From a virus, in IMG/VR virus record IMGVR_UViG_3300044956_000431, positions 1 through 64,000 of that record: a stretch of DNA of 64,000 nucleotides; one strand, written 5' to 3'. The notes under the pieces were generated by a model. That model did not search any database. It had not been told where the DNA came from and worked only from the letters and a program-made list of their open reading frames with translations. Position 1 is the stretch's first letter. The number at the start of each line of letters is the position of its first letter. Both the position numbers and the translations under genes were made by a program. Positions 47,149 to 57,222 of this stretch are shown piece after piece.

Positions 47149-48147
47149 TTATCTACGCTCTCGGCCCAGGGCCTTGGCAGGGATTTCTTCGCTGTCTTCT
47201 GGTGGAAGATTAGCATCAAGATCTAAATCTGCACTCATGTCTACTTCGCCAGTGTCAGCACCGGATACATTGCCTCCTGGAAGGGTAGGTGCGTCGGCAT
47301 CAGCATCTTGTCCTGGCACCACTGGGGCTTGGCCTGTAAGTACACCTTGTGCGGTTTCCAGCTGGGTTTTGGAACCCTGAAGTCCCTGGATGAGACCTTG
47401 TAGTGCGGTTGTGACGTCATTGTTAAACTGTTGTGCTTGATCCATGCCAACATCGTTGCGGATAGAATCTACAAGAGCAGGAAGATCTTTGAACTGCATG
47501 GCCGAAACTTGTTCGATCATTTTCTGGATCTGATCAACCATGTCTTGAGCGGCCAGAACAACTTGTGCTTGTTGTAACTCGCTGGCTTCGCGCAGTCTGC
47601 GTCCACGATGTTTTTTGCTTTCTGCGGCAGTGGCTTTTTTCAACATCTGCTGCAGACGTGACGCTGTAGCTGGATCGCTCATGGCTTTTTGTAACCCACC
47701 TAGTTGTGTGCCGAGTGCGGTACGTTGTCTAGGATCTAGTATTTTGCCTGCCACTGCTGTATCAATGGCTTTGCCAAGTAAATTGGCCTGAGCACCTTGT
47801 CCTGTGGCAGCGGCAACTTTTCTAACTCCAGCGGCTGCGGCTGCGGCTTGCTTGGGGTCTTGTTGCGCCATGGCCATGCCTGGTGCGGCGCCTGGTTGTG
47901 ATTCTTTTACGCGGCTTTCAAGAGCACGTTCCATTACCACTAGTTTGAGATAAGCTGGATTGCGCTCACTGCGATGAAACTCAGAAGTTTCGCGATATTC
48001 GCGTATCAATCCCCGTACACGTTTGAGCATGGTCTGTGCCTGACCAGGTGTCATAGTATCAATGGCCAAATTCTGACCAAAGTGGCTTTCAAAGACTTCC
48101 AGGCTTTGTTGTGTTTTGGTTTTTGATTCCAATTCTTGCAGTTTCAT
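47149..48147 (-). CDS. hypothetical late/head-associated protein
   Basis: CTAAATA promoter and GAGGA RBS; MKLQELE start; coiled coil. Confidence 0.6.
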   Translation of the reverse strand: MKLQELESKTKTQQSLEVFESHFGQNLAIDTMTPGQAQTMLKRVRGLIREYRETSEFHRSERNPAYLKLVVMERALESRVKESQPGAAPGMAMAQQDPKQAAAAAAGVRKVAAATGQGAQANLLGKAIDTAVAGKILDPRQRTALGTQLGGLQKAMSDPATASRLQQMLKKATAAESKKHRGRRLREASELQQAQVVLAAQDMVDQIQKMIEQVSAMQFKDLPALVDSIRNDVGMDQAQQFNNDVTTALQGLIQGLQGSKTQLETAQGVLTGQAPVVPGQDADADAPTLPGGNVSGADTGEVDMSADLDLDANLPPEDSEEIPAKALGRERR

Positions 48148-48574
48148 CGTTGAATCCTCTTTGTTGCCAGTATTTAGCACGATTTAAACATTCTTCGAGA
48201 TGTTTTTGAGCGTATTTTAGGCGTGCCTGGCTTTCCCATAACCTATCGCTGACCACGGATTTTCTTATAGCATCTTCGCTGTGCTCTAGCGTGTATCTAT
48301 AATGAGCTATTTCGTTTTGGCGTCGCTCTATTTCCTGGTCCAGCATTAGCAGTTGGTGTGCCAATGTGTCTTTACCATACTTGTCCGCCACACACCAACT
48401 GAGAGCTACCTTGCCGGAGCTGGGTTCAGCAGCCAAAGTAGCACTGCGATATACCTGATATCCAGTGGTATTCTTCGTTATTGTATATTTGCCAAACGCT
48501 CGTATTGCATCATACAAGCGTATGATAGCGTTGGGATTGTTTAATAGATGATCTCGGGTAAGGCGTTCCAGCAT
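48089..48574 (-). CDS. hypothetical protein
   Basis: C-terminal part of the ORF-track call; the upstream part overlaps the next gene. Confidence 0.5.
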   Translation of the reverse strand: MLERLTRDHLLNNPNAIIRLYDAIRAFGKYTITKNTTGYQVYRSATLAAEPSSGKVALSWCVADKYGKDTLAHQLLMLDQEIERRQNEIAHYRYTLEHSEDAIRKSVVSDRLWESQARLKYAQKHLEECLNRAKYWQQRGFNDETARIGIKNQNTTKPGSL

Positions 48575-48594
48575 GAGCTGGGTCTGGCGTTCGC

Positions 48595-48855
48595 TTACTT
48601 TAAGACGTAGTGTGTGAGAAACCAGCCTATTATCCCTGCTAGGAACACTATGATCCCGATCCCCCAGTTGATCAGTCGATCCGTGTGCTTGTCGCTCATT
48701 TTTTGCATCATGCCATGGATCTCTTGAATCACTGTGTTGAGATTTATCATGTTTTGTTCTACGTTTTCCAGCTTCTCTTCCAGATACTTGTACCTCTGGG
48801 CGCATAGTTCCACGTGAGTTTCTAGACTTTTCTTTTCGATGTCCGTTGTTTCCAT
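48595..48855 (-). CDS. coiled-coil protein with C-terminal TM (holin/XhlA-like)
   Basis: SLETHVELCAQRY coiled coil followed by a hydrophobic helix. Confidence 0.55.
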   Translation of the reverse strand: METTDIEKKSLETHVELCAQRYKYLEEKLENVEQNMINLNTVIQEIHGMMQKMSDKHTDRLINWGIGIIVFLAGIIGWFLTHYVLK

Positions 48856-48878
48856 TGGGGTCTTTCCTGGTTGACTGT

Positions 48879-49355
48879 TTATTTATTTGTTTTGGCATAA
48901 TAAATGATATTAATGTTAGGGCCTTGTGTTTTAATCCAAGGTTCCATTTTTGCTGTTTCTGTTAATCCTAATAGTATAGGAGTAAGTTCGCTGTCGGCTT
49001 TTAAAATACAAAAATTGTCTCCGTCCACAGTCCATTGTGATTGAGGTTCTATTTCAAATGTAAATCTCCATACCCGACTCTCAGTGCCTGCCCATGCAAA
49101 CTCTGGTGGTATGTCGGAAGTGATTTCAGATTTAGAGATTTCAAATACTTGTGTTCGCATACCCAATAACTGCAATACAGTATCTAAGTTGCGTTGTTGA
49201 TTTCTAGCTTGCGCCAAGTCTCGAGGGTTGTTGATCTCAACCCCACTACGACTGACATAAGGATATTCTACGTTGCGTTGATGTCCATTTACGGCTGTAG
49301 ATGTGATATCAAACAAGCACCAACATTCAACCTTTTGCAGGGTACTTGAGTTCAT
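48879..49355 (-). CDS. hypothetical protein
   Basis: LFDIT...RNQQRN motif. Confidence 0.6.
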   Translation of the reverse strand: MNSSTLQKVECWCLFDITSTAVNGHQRNVEYPYVSRSGVEINNPRDLAQARNQQRNLDTVLQLLGMRTQVFEISKSEITSDIPPEFAWAGTESRVWRFTFEIEPQSQWTVDGDNFCILKADSELTPILLGLTETAKMEPWIKTQGPNINIIYYAKTNK

Positions 49356-49569
49356 AATATACTCGGACCTGATCTAACATTTCTTTGAGCGCAGGATCAT
49401 TTAAACTAGCACGACGAATATCACCCCAGAGTTTATCTTCTTTTAACCTGTTGAGTTGGTCTTGAGTTTCTCTATCCACTGAGACTAGTTCTCTATCTTG
49501 TTTGCCCACGTACCGACGATATACAGTGTGTCCACCATCGGGGCTTTCAAAAACATATTCTCCGCTCAT
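49327..49569 (-). CDS. hypothetical protein
   Basis: ESPDGGHTVYRR motif; TAAATA just upstream. Confidence 0.65.
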   Translation of the reverse strand: MSGEYVFESPDGGHTVYRRYVGKQDRELVSVDRETQDQLNRLKEDKLWGDIRRASLNDPALKEMLDQVRVYYELKYPAKG

Positions 49570-49586
49570 GCAGGTATTTAAGCCGT

Positions 49587-49621
49587 AAAAAAAACCCTAG
49601 TTAAAGAACTAGGGCTTTTTA
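49587..49621. terminator. intrinsic terminator
   Basis: A-run, CCCTAGTT-aaag-AACTAGGG, T-run; follows 49640..50023. Confidence 0.75.
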
Positions 49622-49639
49622 GGTCTGATCTAACTGCTA

Positions 49640-50023
49640 TTAAGCGGCTAGTTTGAAACCGTTTGCTGTTGCGCTGTCCAACTGGAAACCAGTGTAAGTG
49701 ATGTTAGCGGCTGCCAAGAAAGCGGCTGCGTCTTCAAATGCTTTGGTTGGGTACACAGCAACAGAAAGTGCTGTGTTGTCAACTTGGTACATAGCTACTG
49801 TAGCTGTTTGCGAGATCGCTTGGATCACGTTTGCAACATACTCTGCAACACCGCCTTCACCGTTGATGCTAGTGTTAGCAACTGCACGGAAGAAGTCAAG
49901 TTTAGGACCTTGTGGTTGTACAGGAACGCCTGCCAACGAAGTTGAAGGTGCAACTGGACCGTTTTGTGTGTCTAGCGCGAATACTGGTTGTGAATCACCA
50001 TTGACTCTTGTAAATTGTGCCAT
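49640..50023 (-). CDS. probable abundant virion structural protein
   Basis: TATAAATA late promoter, AAGGAG RBS, own terminator, Ala/Thr-rich. Confidence 0.6.
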   Translation of the reverse strand: MAQFTRVNGDSQPVFALDTQNGPVAPSTSLAGVPVQPQGPKLDFFRAVANTSINGEGGVAEYVANVIQAISQTATVAMYQVDNTALSVAVYPTKAFEDAAAFLAAANITYTGFQLDSATANGFKLAA

Positions 50024-50062
50024 TTCAAATCTCCTTGATATGTGACCTCATTGGGTCTACTT

Positions 50063-50070
50063 TTATTTAT
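50063..50070 (-). promoter_or_regulatory. T4-like late promoter TATAAATA
   Basis: Exact T4 late consensus upstream of a structural gene. Confidence 0.7.
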
Positions 50071-50094
50071 ACCAAAATGGAGAAATCGGCAGTA

Positions 50095-51960
50095 TCAGTC
50101 CAGATCAGGATTATTGCGGACAAAGTTTGCCTGGCTAAAACGCATGCGATCAACGTATTTCATGCCCTGCCCTACATAACCTTCGTGTCCAGGTTCTCCG
50201 TTGATTGATGCTTGTACATCGTGTGCTTGTGCATCTAGTTGACGCACTAACTCATTTTTAAGACTGCTTAGATCTAAGAATGCTTGAAACACAGCGGCCA
50301 GGGCTGCTTTGTTTTCGTTGGCCCATTCAAAAATACGCAGTGCTTTAGTGGATTCCTTGGCTTGTACCCAAGGCCCAAACCCGGCCAACAAATCATTGAA
50401 GTTTCCTTCTCGAACACGGCTATTGATATATGCCTTCATTAACTGTGGAAGGTTGCTGATTTTCCTAGCTCTGAGCTCTTGAGGGTTAAAGAGCTGGTCA
50501 ATGGCCGCACCTTGTGCTGTGGCTATCTTTTTTAGATTTGCCACAGTGCTGGCGTTGAGTTTGATATTTCTAGGTTCTTTAAGGCTGGGGTCAAGAATCA
50601 ACAAGCCCGGCACTGGTTTGAGCGCGGCTGCTCGTATGGGCTGAGGTTGTGCGCCAGGCGCTTCTAACGAAGTGTGTATTACTACAGCGGCTTCGCTCTT
50701 GCCAACCTGCTGGCCCAAGGACGAGTCTGCAGGAATAGAATATGTCACAGTGTTGGGTTGGAAAACATAGGAACCGTTGACTAGCTGTGGTGTTTGACTG
50801 TACAACAAATCGCCCTGAATATATCCGCGGAAGTCTGGCGGTACAGCGGCCCTTAGTAGTGGAAATAGCTTTTGGTACAGTGCTACAAGTTCACCACGCT
50901 CGCCACCACGTTGAGCCATGATCTGTGCGATCTGTTGCGGGCTAGTGGCCAGGCCATCATAGCCTTTGGCTAAAAATCCACTTTTGTCTGTGAGCACAAA
51001 ATCACCGTTGGGTTTGCGACCAAATATAATAGCTGGCTTGCCATCCCATTTCACTGTGGCAGTGTTGGGTTCACGTGCTGTGTTGACAATACCTGTGATG
51101 GCTTGTTGTATGCCGCGACTGCCCATGTCAAATACCATGTCTTCAGGATGCTCAATACGCACACCCTCCATGATCATAATCATGCCTTGGTTCACAATAC
51201 GATCACGCAGGCGTGCCAAGAAGTGTACGTCATTTTCTGCCACAGGTGCATCAGGATCAGTCAGGCCTTCACGTGCTAGATATTCTCTGAAGTCAGCCAG
51301 TTTGGCATCACGCTGTGGGTCTCGGGCCAGGGCCGCATAAATGCTTTCTACGTTTTTTAAGTTTTCCCGAGTGGACTTTTTGCCCAACAATGCCTGTGCC
51401 ACATAATCAGGATCTAAACCGCCGTCGACTAGTTCATTGGTAGTTCTGCTGAACATGCCATTGGCGCCAACTTTGAGTCCTAGATACTTGGCTATGGAGC
51501 TCATCAATACATTGCGTACCATGACTTTGTATGCACTGTTTTCGCCACCAGCATAAAAGAATGTGCCCCAATCTAAGTTAGGGAAAAACATAAAGTCTGT
51601 TTGAACAAACCCACGTTTTGGGTCGCCAGCAATGGGTGTGCGCAAATGAACTTCGCCACTCTTTTTGACCCATAACTTTGGATCTTCACCGTGGCTTTGC
51701 GCCCACTGAATAAGTTTGGCTGCCAGTTGATCCTTGCTAACTTCATTGACATCAACTGCCATATCTAAATCGCCTGATGTTGTGTCTCGCCCTGTGGAAC
51801 CTAGCCAGCGTTCTCGAGGAAAATCTATACCTGTGAGTTGCTCCAGCCACATCACAGTGGCAGGAACATCGCTTTGATTGATACGTTGTGTGAGTGGGTT
51901 GCCGTCTTTGTCTTTGAAGACGTTGCCACCTTCAAATAGTTGCCGCACCGCTACCACCAA
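50095..51960 (-). CDS. fusion of a Pol-beta-type nucleotidyltransferase and a DUF6267-like (KxDG ligase-like) domain
   Basis: LGSTG...SGDLDMAVD and VQTDFM; then IEHPED, TVKWDGKPA, QGDLLY, FQPNTVTY, HEGYV. Confidence 0.6.
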   Translation of the reverse strand: MVVAVRQLFEGGNVFKDKDGNPLTQRINQSDVPATVMWLEQLTGIDFPRERWLGSTGRDTTSGDLDMAVDVNEVSKDQLAAKLIQWAQSHGEDPKLWVKKSGEVHLRTPIAGDPKRGFVQTDFMFFPNLDWGTFFYAGGENSAYKVMVRNVLMSSIAKYLGLKVGANGMFSRTTNELVDGGLDPDYVAQALLGKKSTRENLKNVESIYAALARDPQRDAKLADFREYLAREGLTDPDAPVAENDVHFLARLRDRIVNQGMIMIMEGVRIEHPEDMVFDMGSRGIQQAITGIVNTAREPNTATVKWDGKPAIIFGRKPNGDFVLTDKSGFLAKGYDGLATSPQQIAQIMAQRGGERGELVALYQKLFPLLRAAVPPDFRGYIQGDLLYSQTPQLVNGSYVFQPNTVTYSIPADSSLGQQVGKSEAAVVIHTSLEAPGAQPQPIRAAALKPVPGLLILDPSLKEPRNIKLNASTVANLKKIATAQGAAIDQLFNPQELRARKISNLPQLMKAYINSRVREGNFNDLLAGFGPWVQAKESTKALRIFEWANENKAALAAVFQAFLDLSSLKNELVRQLDAQAHDVQASINGEPGHEGYVGQGMKYVDRMRFSQANFVRNNPDLD

Positions 51961-52603
51961 TGGTTATAGTGCTACCTGACGCGGCCGCGGCTTGATCCAT
52001 GGCCTGTTGTACTAGATCAGAATGTAATGCAGTGTAGGTAGGTACCTCTGCGCCACGAGCATCCACGAAACGTCCTTTGGAGCTATCCCAGGTATAAGTT
52101 ACCTTGCTGGTTTTTCTGCCCACAGTGGTTGTGGTATCTATTTTAGTACCATTGGGTATGACAAACACAGGGTTGGTTTGTGCTTTGAGATATCCTGGGA
52201 TAAAATGTTGGGTGAAATAGTTTTTTACTGCTTCAATACTCTGCACAGGTATCAATGTTTTTAATGGTGCGTTGTTAACGTTGACCTTGGCTGCTTTTTC
52301 TAGCCAGGATCTAAAAAGTCCGCGGTATTCATCATCAGTAAAAGGCTTACCTGCGGCAGCTTCTATTCGTTTTAATTCTTTGTCCCAGGCCGCTGTCCAT
52401 GCATTGGCCAGCATACCTGCCTGTTGTTTGGCTTTTTCAGCTCCGACCTTGTCAGACAGATCTTTGTACCATTGAGGAGTTATCTCACCACGAAATACTG
52501 AGAGAGCTTGTTTGATTTTTTGTGCGTTCTGTGCTTGACTGGCCTTGCCTATAGCTCTTAGATCATCAAACACACCTTCATTGACTATGTCATTGACTTT
52601 CAT
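51932..52603 (-). CDS. hypothetical, probable capsid-internal protein
   Basis: MKVNDIVNEG N-terminus. Confidence 0.55.
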   Translation of the reverse strand: MKVNDIVNEGVFDDLRAIGKASQAQNAQKIKQALSVFRGEITPQWYKDLSDKVGAEKAKQQAGMLANAWTAAWDKELKRIEAAAGKPFTDDEYRGLFRSWLEKAAKVNVNNAPLKTLIPVQSIEAVKNYFTQHFIPGYLKAQTNPVFVIPNGTKIDTTTTVGRKTSKVTYTWDSSKGRFVDARGAEVPTYTALHSDLVQQAMDQAAAASGSTITIGGSGAATI

Positions 52604-52844
52604 CAGTGCGCCTTACTGTACGGGTAAACTTAGATGCATCGCGCATCTTTATGGCGTTGATCAGTTTGCGCTGTAGATTTTCTGCTGATTCAGTGTTGTA
52701 GGTCTGCTCGATCTGTTCCAAGAGACGGATAGCACTGGCAATGATATTGCTGGCGCGATTTTCTATCACATGACGTCGATCTCTCTCGATGTACATAGCA
52801 TCAAGTTCTTCTAATATACTACGGGTCTTTTTTTGCATGATCAC
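52590..52844 (-). CDS. hypothetical protein
   Basis: MQKKTRSILEEL...; TAAATA upstream. Confidence 0.65.
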   Translation of the reverse strand: MIMQKKTRSILEELDAMYIERDRRHVIENRASNIIASAIRLLEQIEQTYNTESAENLQRKLINAIKMRDASKFTRTVRRTDESQ

Positions 52845-52862
52845 AAAGCCTTTGTTTTATAT

Positions 52863-53870
52863 TTATTGGCTTTGTCCACAAACGTCATTGCAAATAACCA
52901 AGCGGCCCTGCTCAAAGGTAGATATTTTCCAGGATTTTTCCACGGTTACGAACCAGTCTATGCAGGATTCCAAATCATTTTCTAGAGCATTGTTGTTTTT
53001 TAATATAGATTTAACTTGTTTATTGGCTGCTTGATGGTAGTTGCCGTGCCCATAAGTGCTGGGATTGAATCCTAAAAAACAACAAGGGTAAACATCGCCA
53101 GTACTGCTGACATAAACTGATTTGTTTTTTTGTATTTGACAAGCGATGGGCTTAGGGGCCCGACTGGGAGTTATATCTTCCAATAGCACTTCGTCAGTTT
53201 TTCTGCTGTCAAACAATATTTTAAACTCTGTTTGTTTAGGAGTACCAATCACATGAGTTAGTTCACCGCGAGAGTTGTAAACAGGTGTCTGATCTCTACC
53301 GTGATTTACCAACCGAAACTCTTGAAATCCTAGCTCTTGTGCCAACTCACGGGCCTGGCCCCATTGGTGCTGATTATGTTCAAACTCAATCATTTTCCAC
53401 ACAGCATGACCTCCTGCCAAAATAAAAGTTTCAGCATTTTTCATCACAGTGGAATACAAGGTGTTTTGTCTATAGAGACTGTGCGTGTCCTCAAGCCCAT
53501 CAATACAGAAAATCACTATAACATTTAACTTGGCCAATGCTTGCCAAAATTTACGATCGCGAGCGCCACCATTGGTGCTGACTGATATTTTTATGTTGGA
53601 ATTTTGTGTTCGGAAATAAGTTAAAATATCAACTGTGTCAAGATTCATCACAGCATCGCCAAAGTTACCATTGACGTAGAGTTGGTCAAGTTGTGCTATG
53701 AAATCAGGGTGAAATATCTTTTGTGCTTCCTCCAAGGTCATGTCATGTTCAACATAACCATCATTATAGGGATATCCGTAAAAGTTCCTGGGGCACAGTG
53801 GGCAGGCGGCATTGCACCTACTGGATATTTCTAAATGAACGTGACGTATCTGATTGAAGCTGTATATCAT
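52863..53870 (-). CDS. radical SAM protein with C-terminal SPASM/twitch domain
   Basis: CNAACPLC, STNG, IDG, C...GDVYPCC...C..VC. Confidence 0.88.
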   Translation of the reverse strand: MIYSFNQIRHVHLEISSRCNAACPLCPRNFYGYPYNDGYVEHDMTLEEAQKIFHPDFIAQLDQLYVNGNFGDAVMNLDTVDILTYFRTQNSNIKISVSTNGGARDRKFWQALAKLNVIVIFCIDGLEDTHSLYRQNTLYSTVMKNAETFILAGGHAVWKMIEFEHNQHQWGQARELAQELGFQEFRLVNHGRDQTPVYNSRGELTHVIGTPKQTEFKILFDSRKTDEVLLEDITPSRAPKPIACQIQKNKSVYVSSTGDVYPCCFLGFNPSTYGHGNYHQAANKQVKSILKNNNALENDLESCIDWFVTVEKSWKISTFEQGRLVICNDVCGQSQ

Positions 53871-55273
53871 CCGTTGGCTTTGATATTGCTTAACATCTTT
53901 TTCAACGCAGAGCTTTGTACATCTGCGGATACCTTTAATACTTCGCCGGTTTCTTCATCTAGAGATTCACTGCCACTGACTTGACTCTTAGCTTTGATAG
54001 ATTCATAAATGCTGGGTTTCTTTACAAAGCCTGAACTTTGTTGCTGATCTTCCCCTAGGTCTCTGATGCGCAGACTTTCAATGTCAAACTCTAAGTCTAC
54101 CTTTTGTCCAACACCGCTGGAACTACGAGTTTTCATCAGCTGAATCTGATAACGTCCACGCTCACGCATAGCGCGGCTAGTAAAAATACCAAATACGTTA
54201 TCCGCAGTATTAATCTTTGAAATACCACCTGAAATATGTGAGTGATCAAATTCAATCTCCTCTACAGCCGCACGGTTCAACTGCGATGCTGTGACAAATA
54301 GCACATTGAGTTCTTTGGCCAAGTTACGCAGTTCTTCACTCACGTACTTGTCTTTGACAAACAAGTCATTGGGAGATACTTTTGCGCTGACAGGCATGAT
54401 CAAGTCCAAGTAGTCAACACACAAAAAGTCCACACGCTTGCCAGTTTTAACTTGTAGTTCTTTAAGATAAGCACGAATGTCGTTGACTGTGCTTTGTGCT
54501 GGCATGTATTTGATTTGCAGTGCGCCCGACTTCTTCTGCATCATTTTGACTTTCATTTCAACTGTGTCAATATCTCGGAAAATCTCTTTGGCAGACGTAT
54601 TGGTCATCATAGAATCAATACGCATTGAACACAAACCTTCTGAAAGTTCTAGTGTGATATAACAACCATTGAGTCCGGCCTGTGCCCAGTTTACAGCCAA
54701 GTTCTGCATGAACAAACTCTTGCCTGACCCTGAACCACCAGCAAAGATCTGTAGTTCGCCACGATTGAATCCGCCATATAGTAGTTGGTCCAACGCAGGC
54801 CAACCTGTGGAGTTTTGTCCGTTGTTGTTTTTAAGTGCCATGAGTCGAGCACGTGGATCGTCGAAGTAATCTGTGCCTAAGTCTTTGGTCAATGATATCT
54901 GCACAGCATCTTTGATCAACTTCTCTACAGGATCAAAGTTTCCTTTTTCCAACAAGTCTGCTGATTTAAGAATAGCACGTTCTAGTTCTTGGCGTCTAGT
55001 AAAGCCTTCAAACTCTTCCATGAACCAGTCAAGATGGCCATCATTGAGTTCAGGTATTTCTTCCAAGCTCACACTGGTCACTGCTCGCACTTGTTTGCGG
55101 TCAGGCAATGTTTTGTGTTTGTCTGCATGTTCTTTGATAAACTTTGCGGCACTGCGTAAGCTACGATCAAAGTTTTCGTCGTTGTAGATATTTTGCACTC
55201 GCACAAAACTCTGCGCATCTTGCATCATGATCTCAAGAAACAATCGCTGTACTTCTACTGGGTAATCTTTCAT
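53867..55273 (-). CDS. replicative DnaB-like helicase (T4 gp41-like)
   Basis: GGSGSGKS, TLEL, VDYLD, TASQLNR, MKTRSS. Confidence 0.9.
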   Translation of the reverse strand: MKDYPVEVQRLFLEIMMQDAQSFVRVQNIYNDENFDRSLRSAAKFIKEHADKHKTLPDRKQVRAVTSVSLEEIPELNDGHLDWFMEEFEGFTRRQELERAILKSADLLEKGNFDPVEKLIKDAVQISLTKDLGTDYFDDPRARLMALKNNNGQNSTGWPALDQLLYGGFNRGELQIFAGGSGSGKSLFMQNLAVNWAQAGLNGCYITLELSEGLCSMRIDSMMTNTSAKEIFRDIDTVEMKVKMMQKKSGALQIKYMPAQSTVNDIRAYLKELQVKTGKRVDFLCVDYLDLIMPVSAKVSPNDLFVKDKYVSEELRNLAKELNVLFVTASQLNRAAVEEIEFDHSHISGGISKINTADNVFGIFTSRAMRERGRYQIQLMKTRSSSGVGQKVDLEFDIESLRIRDLGEDQQQSSGFVKKPSIYESIKAKSQVSGSESLDEETGEVLKVSADVQSSALKKMLSNIKANG

Positions 55274-55286
55274 GGTGTCTTTCGTA

Positions 55287-55976
55287 TTACGTATCTATGC
55301 GTTCTAATATGAGTTTGACAAGTTTTGCATGAGTATCTGGGCCTGGATGTGCATCCATTGGTGCTTTATCCGTTTGCATGTTGGCAACACTTTGCCAAGG
55401 ATTGGCCCATGATTTCCAATCAACTAGTTCAAAGTTATTGACCAGTTGTTGCGCAAAGTTTGCTCGTTGTTCTTTTTTTAGATCGCACAAAAGATTTTCA
55501 AACTCAGTACTCATTGGTAGACTACTGTCAGCCATGTCCGGAGTCATATCAATCCTTCCATTGATAAAAACTACCTTTTTGTTTTTACACTTGGCTATGT
55601 CTTGTATTATACGACAAAAATCTATAAGTTGCATTATATTTCCGTAGTCATGATTTCTTTTCTGAAACTCTGCTACAAATCTCGTGTCATCCCCACTTTC
55701 TAGTGGTGTGCCAATAAATAATCCCGAATCAGGTGTAGGATAAAGCCAATGGCGATGTATTGCCGTCCACTGTACTACAAAAATTTCACATTGATTATCA
55801 ATAAGGGCTTTGCAAGTCCGTAAAAATATTTTAAGATTGCTAGAGCCGCCTTCGGCATCGTTAATCACATCCATCTTTAATGCTTGGGCCAAAAGATTTG
55901 GATAGATCCTAGCATCGACTTGCTCTTGTTCAAATCCTGCACCTGTAGATATGCTACAGCCTCCTATATAAATCAT
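55287..55976 (-). CDS. SGNH-hydrolase-like protein
   Basis: GGCSIS, GGSSN, DAHPG. Confidence 0.6.
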   Translation of the reverse strand: MIYIGGCSISTGAGFEQEQVDARIYPNLLAQALKMDVINDAEGGSSNLKIFLRTCKALIDNQCEIFVVQWTAIHRHWLYPTPDSGLFIGTPLESGDDTRFVAEFQKRNHDYGNIMQLIDFCRIIQDIAKCKNKKVVFINGRIDMTPDMADSSLPMSTEFENLLCDLKKEQRANFAQQLVNNFELVDWKSWANPWQSVANMQTDKAPMDAHPGPDTHAKLVKLILERIDT

Positions 55977-56518
55977 ACCATACGCTCCTTGATATATTGA
56001 TAAATTTTACTGTTGCCCTGTGTATCAAGATGATTGATGTTGCCTGGATTAGTTTGTCTTAGTGTGAAAAATGAATGTATGTGAGTATTACTAAGATCAA
56101 ATCCTGTGCAATGTATTGCACTCTGGCACTGCTGGAATAATCTATCTAACAAAAGATCAAAAAGATCATCTTGAAACTGCTGATCATAAAAGTTTTTGTA
56201 ATATCCTTTGACGATATCTGCCCACCCTACTTTGTCTAAACTGTCATTGGCCAGCATATCGCAGTAGGGATGTGTTTGTAAGGTGCGACTAGGGTGAGTT
56301 ACATGATCCGGCACAAATACTCGGTCAGGGTTGGTATGAAATACTATGATATGATTGTAGTTTGTTAGATCCCGTTGCTGTATGCTTTTATAAATGCGGT
56401 ATTCGCTAACTCCGCGCTGTGCAAAGTTATCAACTTTGAACTCTCTAGCTAACTGCGACGCCCAGGAATCTGCTCTGTCAATGGTAGCAAAACTATCTCC
56501 AAATATTGCTACTCTCAT
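55973..56518 (-). CDS. SGNH-hydrolase-like protein
   Basis: FGDSF, GVS, NHL. Confidence 0.6.
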   Translation of the reverse strand: MRVAIFGDSFATIDRADSWASQLAREFKVDNFAQRGVSEYRIYKSIQQRDLTNYNHIIVFHTNPDRVFVPDHVTHPSRTLQTHPYCDMLANDSLDKVGWADIVKGYYKNFYDQQFQDDLFDLLLDRLFQQCQSAIHCTGFDLSNTHIHSFFTLRQTNPGNINHLDTQGNSKIYQYIKERMV

Positions 56519-57222
56519 ACCCATCCCAACTGTTGTAGCTTGGGTTCTAACACTTGTTCCCACCAACGCTGATTACCATCGGATCCATAATGACCGTGCC
56601 AGCCAAACTTGTCAAAGTCTACAGGACAATAGACATCTTTGTTGACACTGTAATAGGTGTCATCAAATATGATGCTGTGTGGATCAGCTGAAAATCTTCG
56701 TTGGATACTGCCTAATACTGGCCAATCAGTCTTGGGTTGAAACGGTTCTGCTAGATTTACAAACAAGTACTGATCAGTCCATCCTTTGATGTATCTACTT
56801 AACAAAAAAAGTTCTCGCAAAGTTTGTGCTTCTTGCCAACTTCGATTCCAAGCCGTCACATATCCACGACCCAGTTGATGTGTAGTTACCTGACGTAGAC
56901 CATCATGCTCCGGCAGTTCTGGCTGATCAATGGGTTGAAGATTTCCAAACATTTTGTGATATCGGGGCGGCCGTGATTCAGTATCGTACACTGTAAAACG
57001 TTCAATGGGTGGCACACCAACTACAACATAGTCATCTTGAGCAAATCCTGCACCAGCAACAATGAGATGAGATATGCTGTCTATATTGTTGCCTGGCCAG
57101 CTGTAGTTTTCTACTGTGTCAACTTGTAGTGCCCAAGCCATCAAACCCCACCAAGAGTCCTGTGGTTCTACACAAAATCTTGGTGTGCTGTAGCTATCTC
57201 CGTAGATAATCAGTCTAGACAT
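56515..57222 (-). CDS. SGNH-hydrolase-like protein
   Basis: YGDSY, PGNN, GHYG. Confidence 0.6.
   Translation of the reverse strand: MSRLIIYGDSYSTPRFCVEPQDSWWGLMAWALQVDTVENYSWPGNNIDSISHLIVAGAGFAQDDYVVVGVPPIERFTVYDTESRPPRYHKMFGNLQPIDQPELPEHDGLRQVTTHQLGRGYVTAWNRSWQEAQTLRELFLLSRYIKGWTDQYLFVNLAEPFQPKTDWPVLGSIQRRFSADPHSIIFDDTYYSVNKDVYCPVDFDKFGWHGHYGSDGNQRWWEQVLEPKLQQLGWV

Noticed and set aside
48575-48898. N-terminal extension of the 269-aa ORF 48089..48898
   Set aside because: It fully overlaps the better-supported 48595..48855 gene and has low-quality composition; the real start is probably near 48574.
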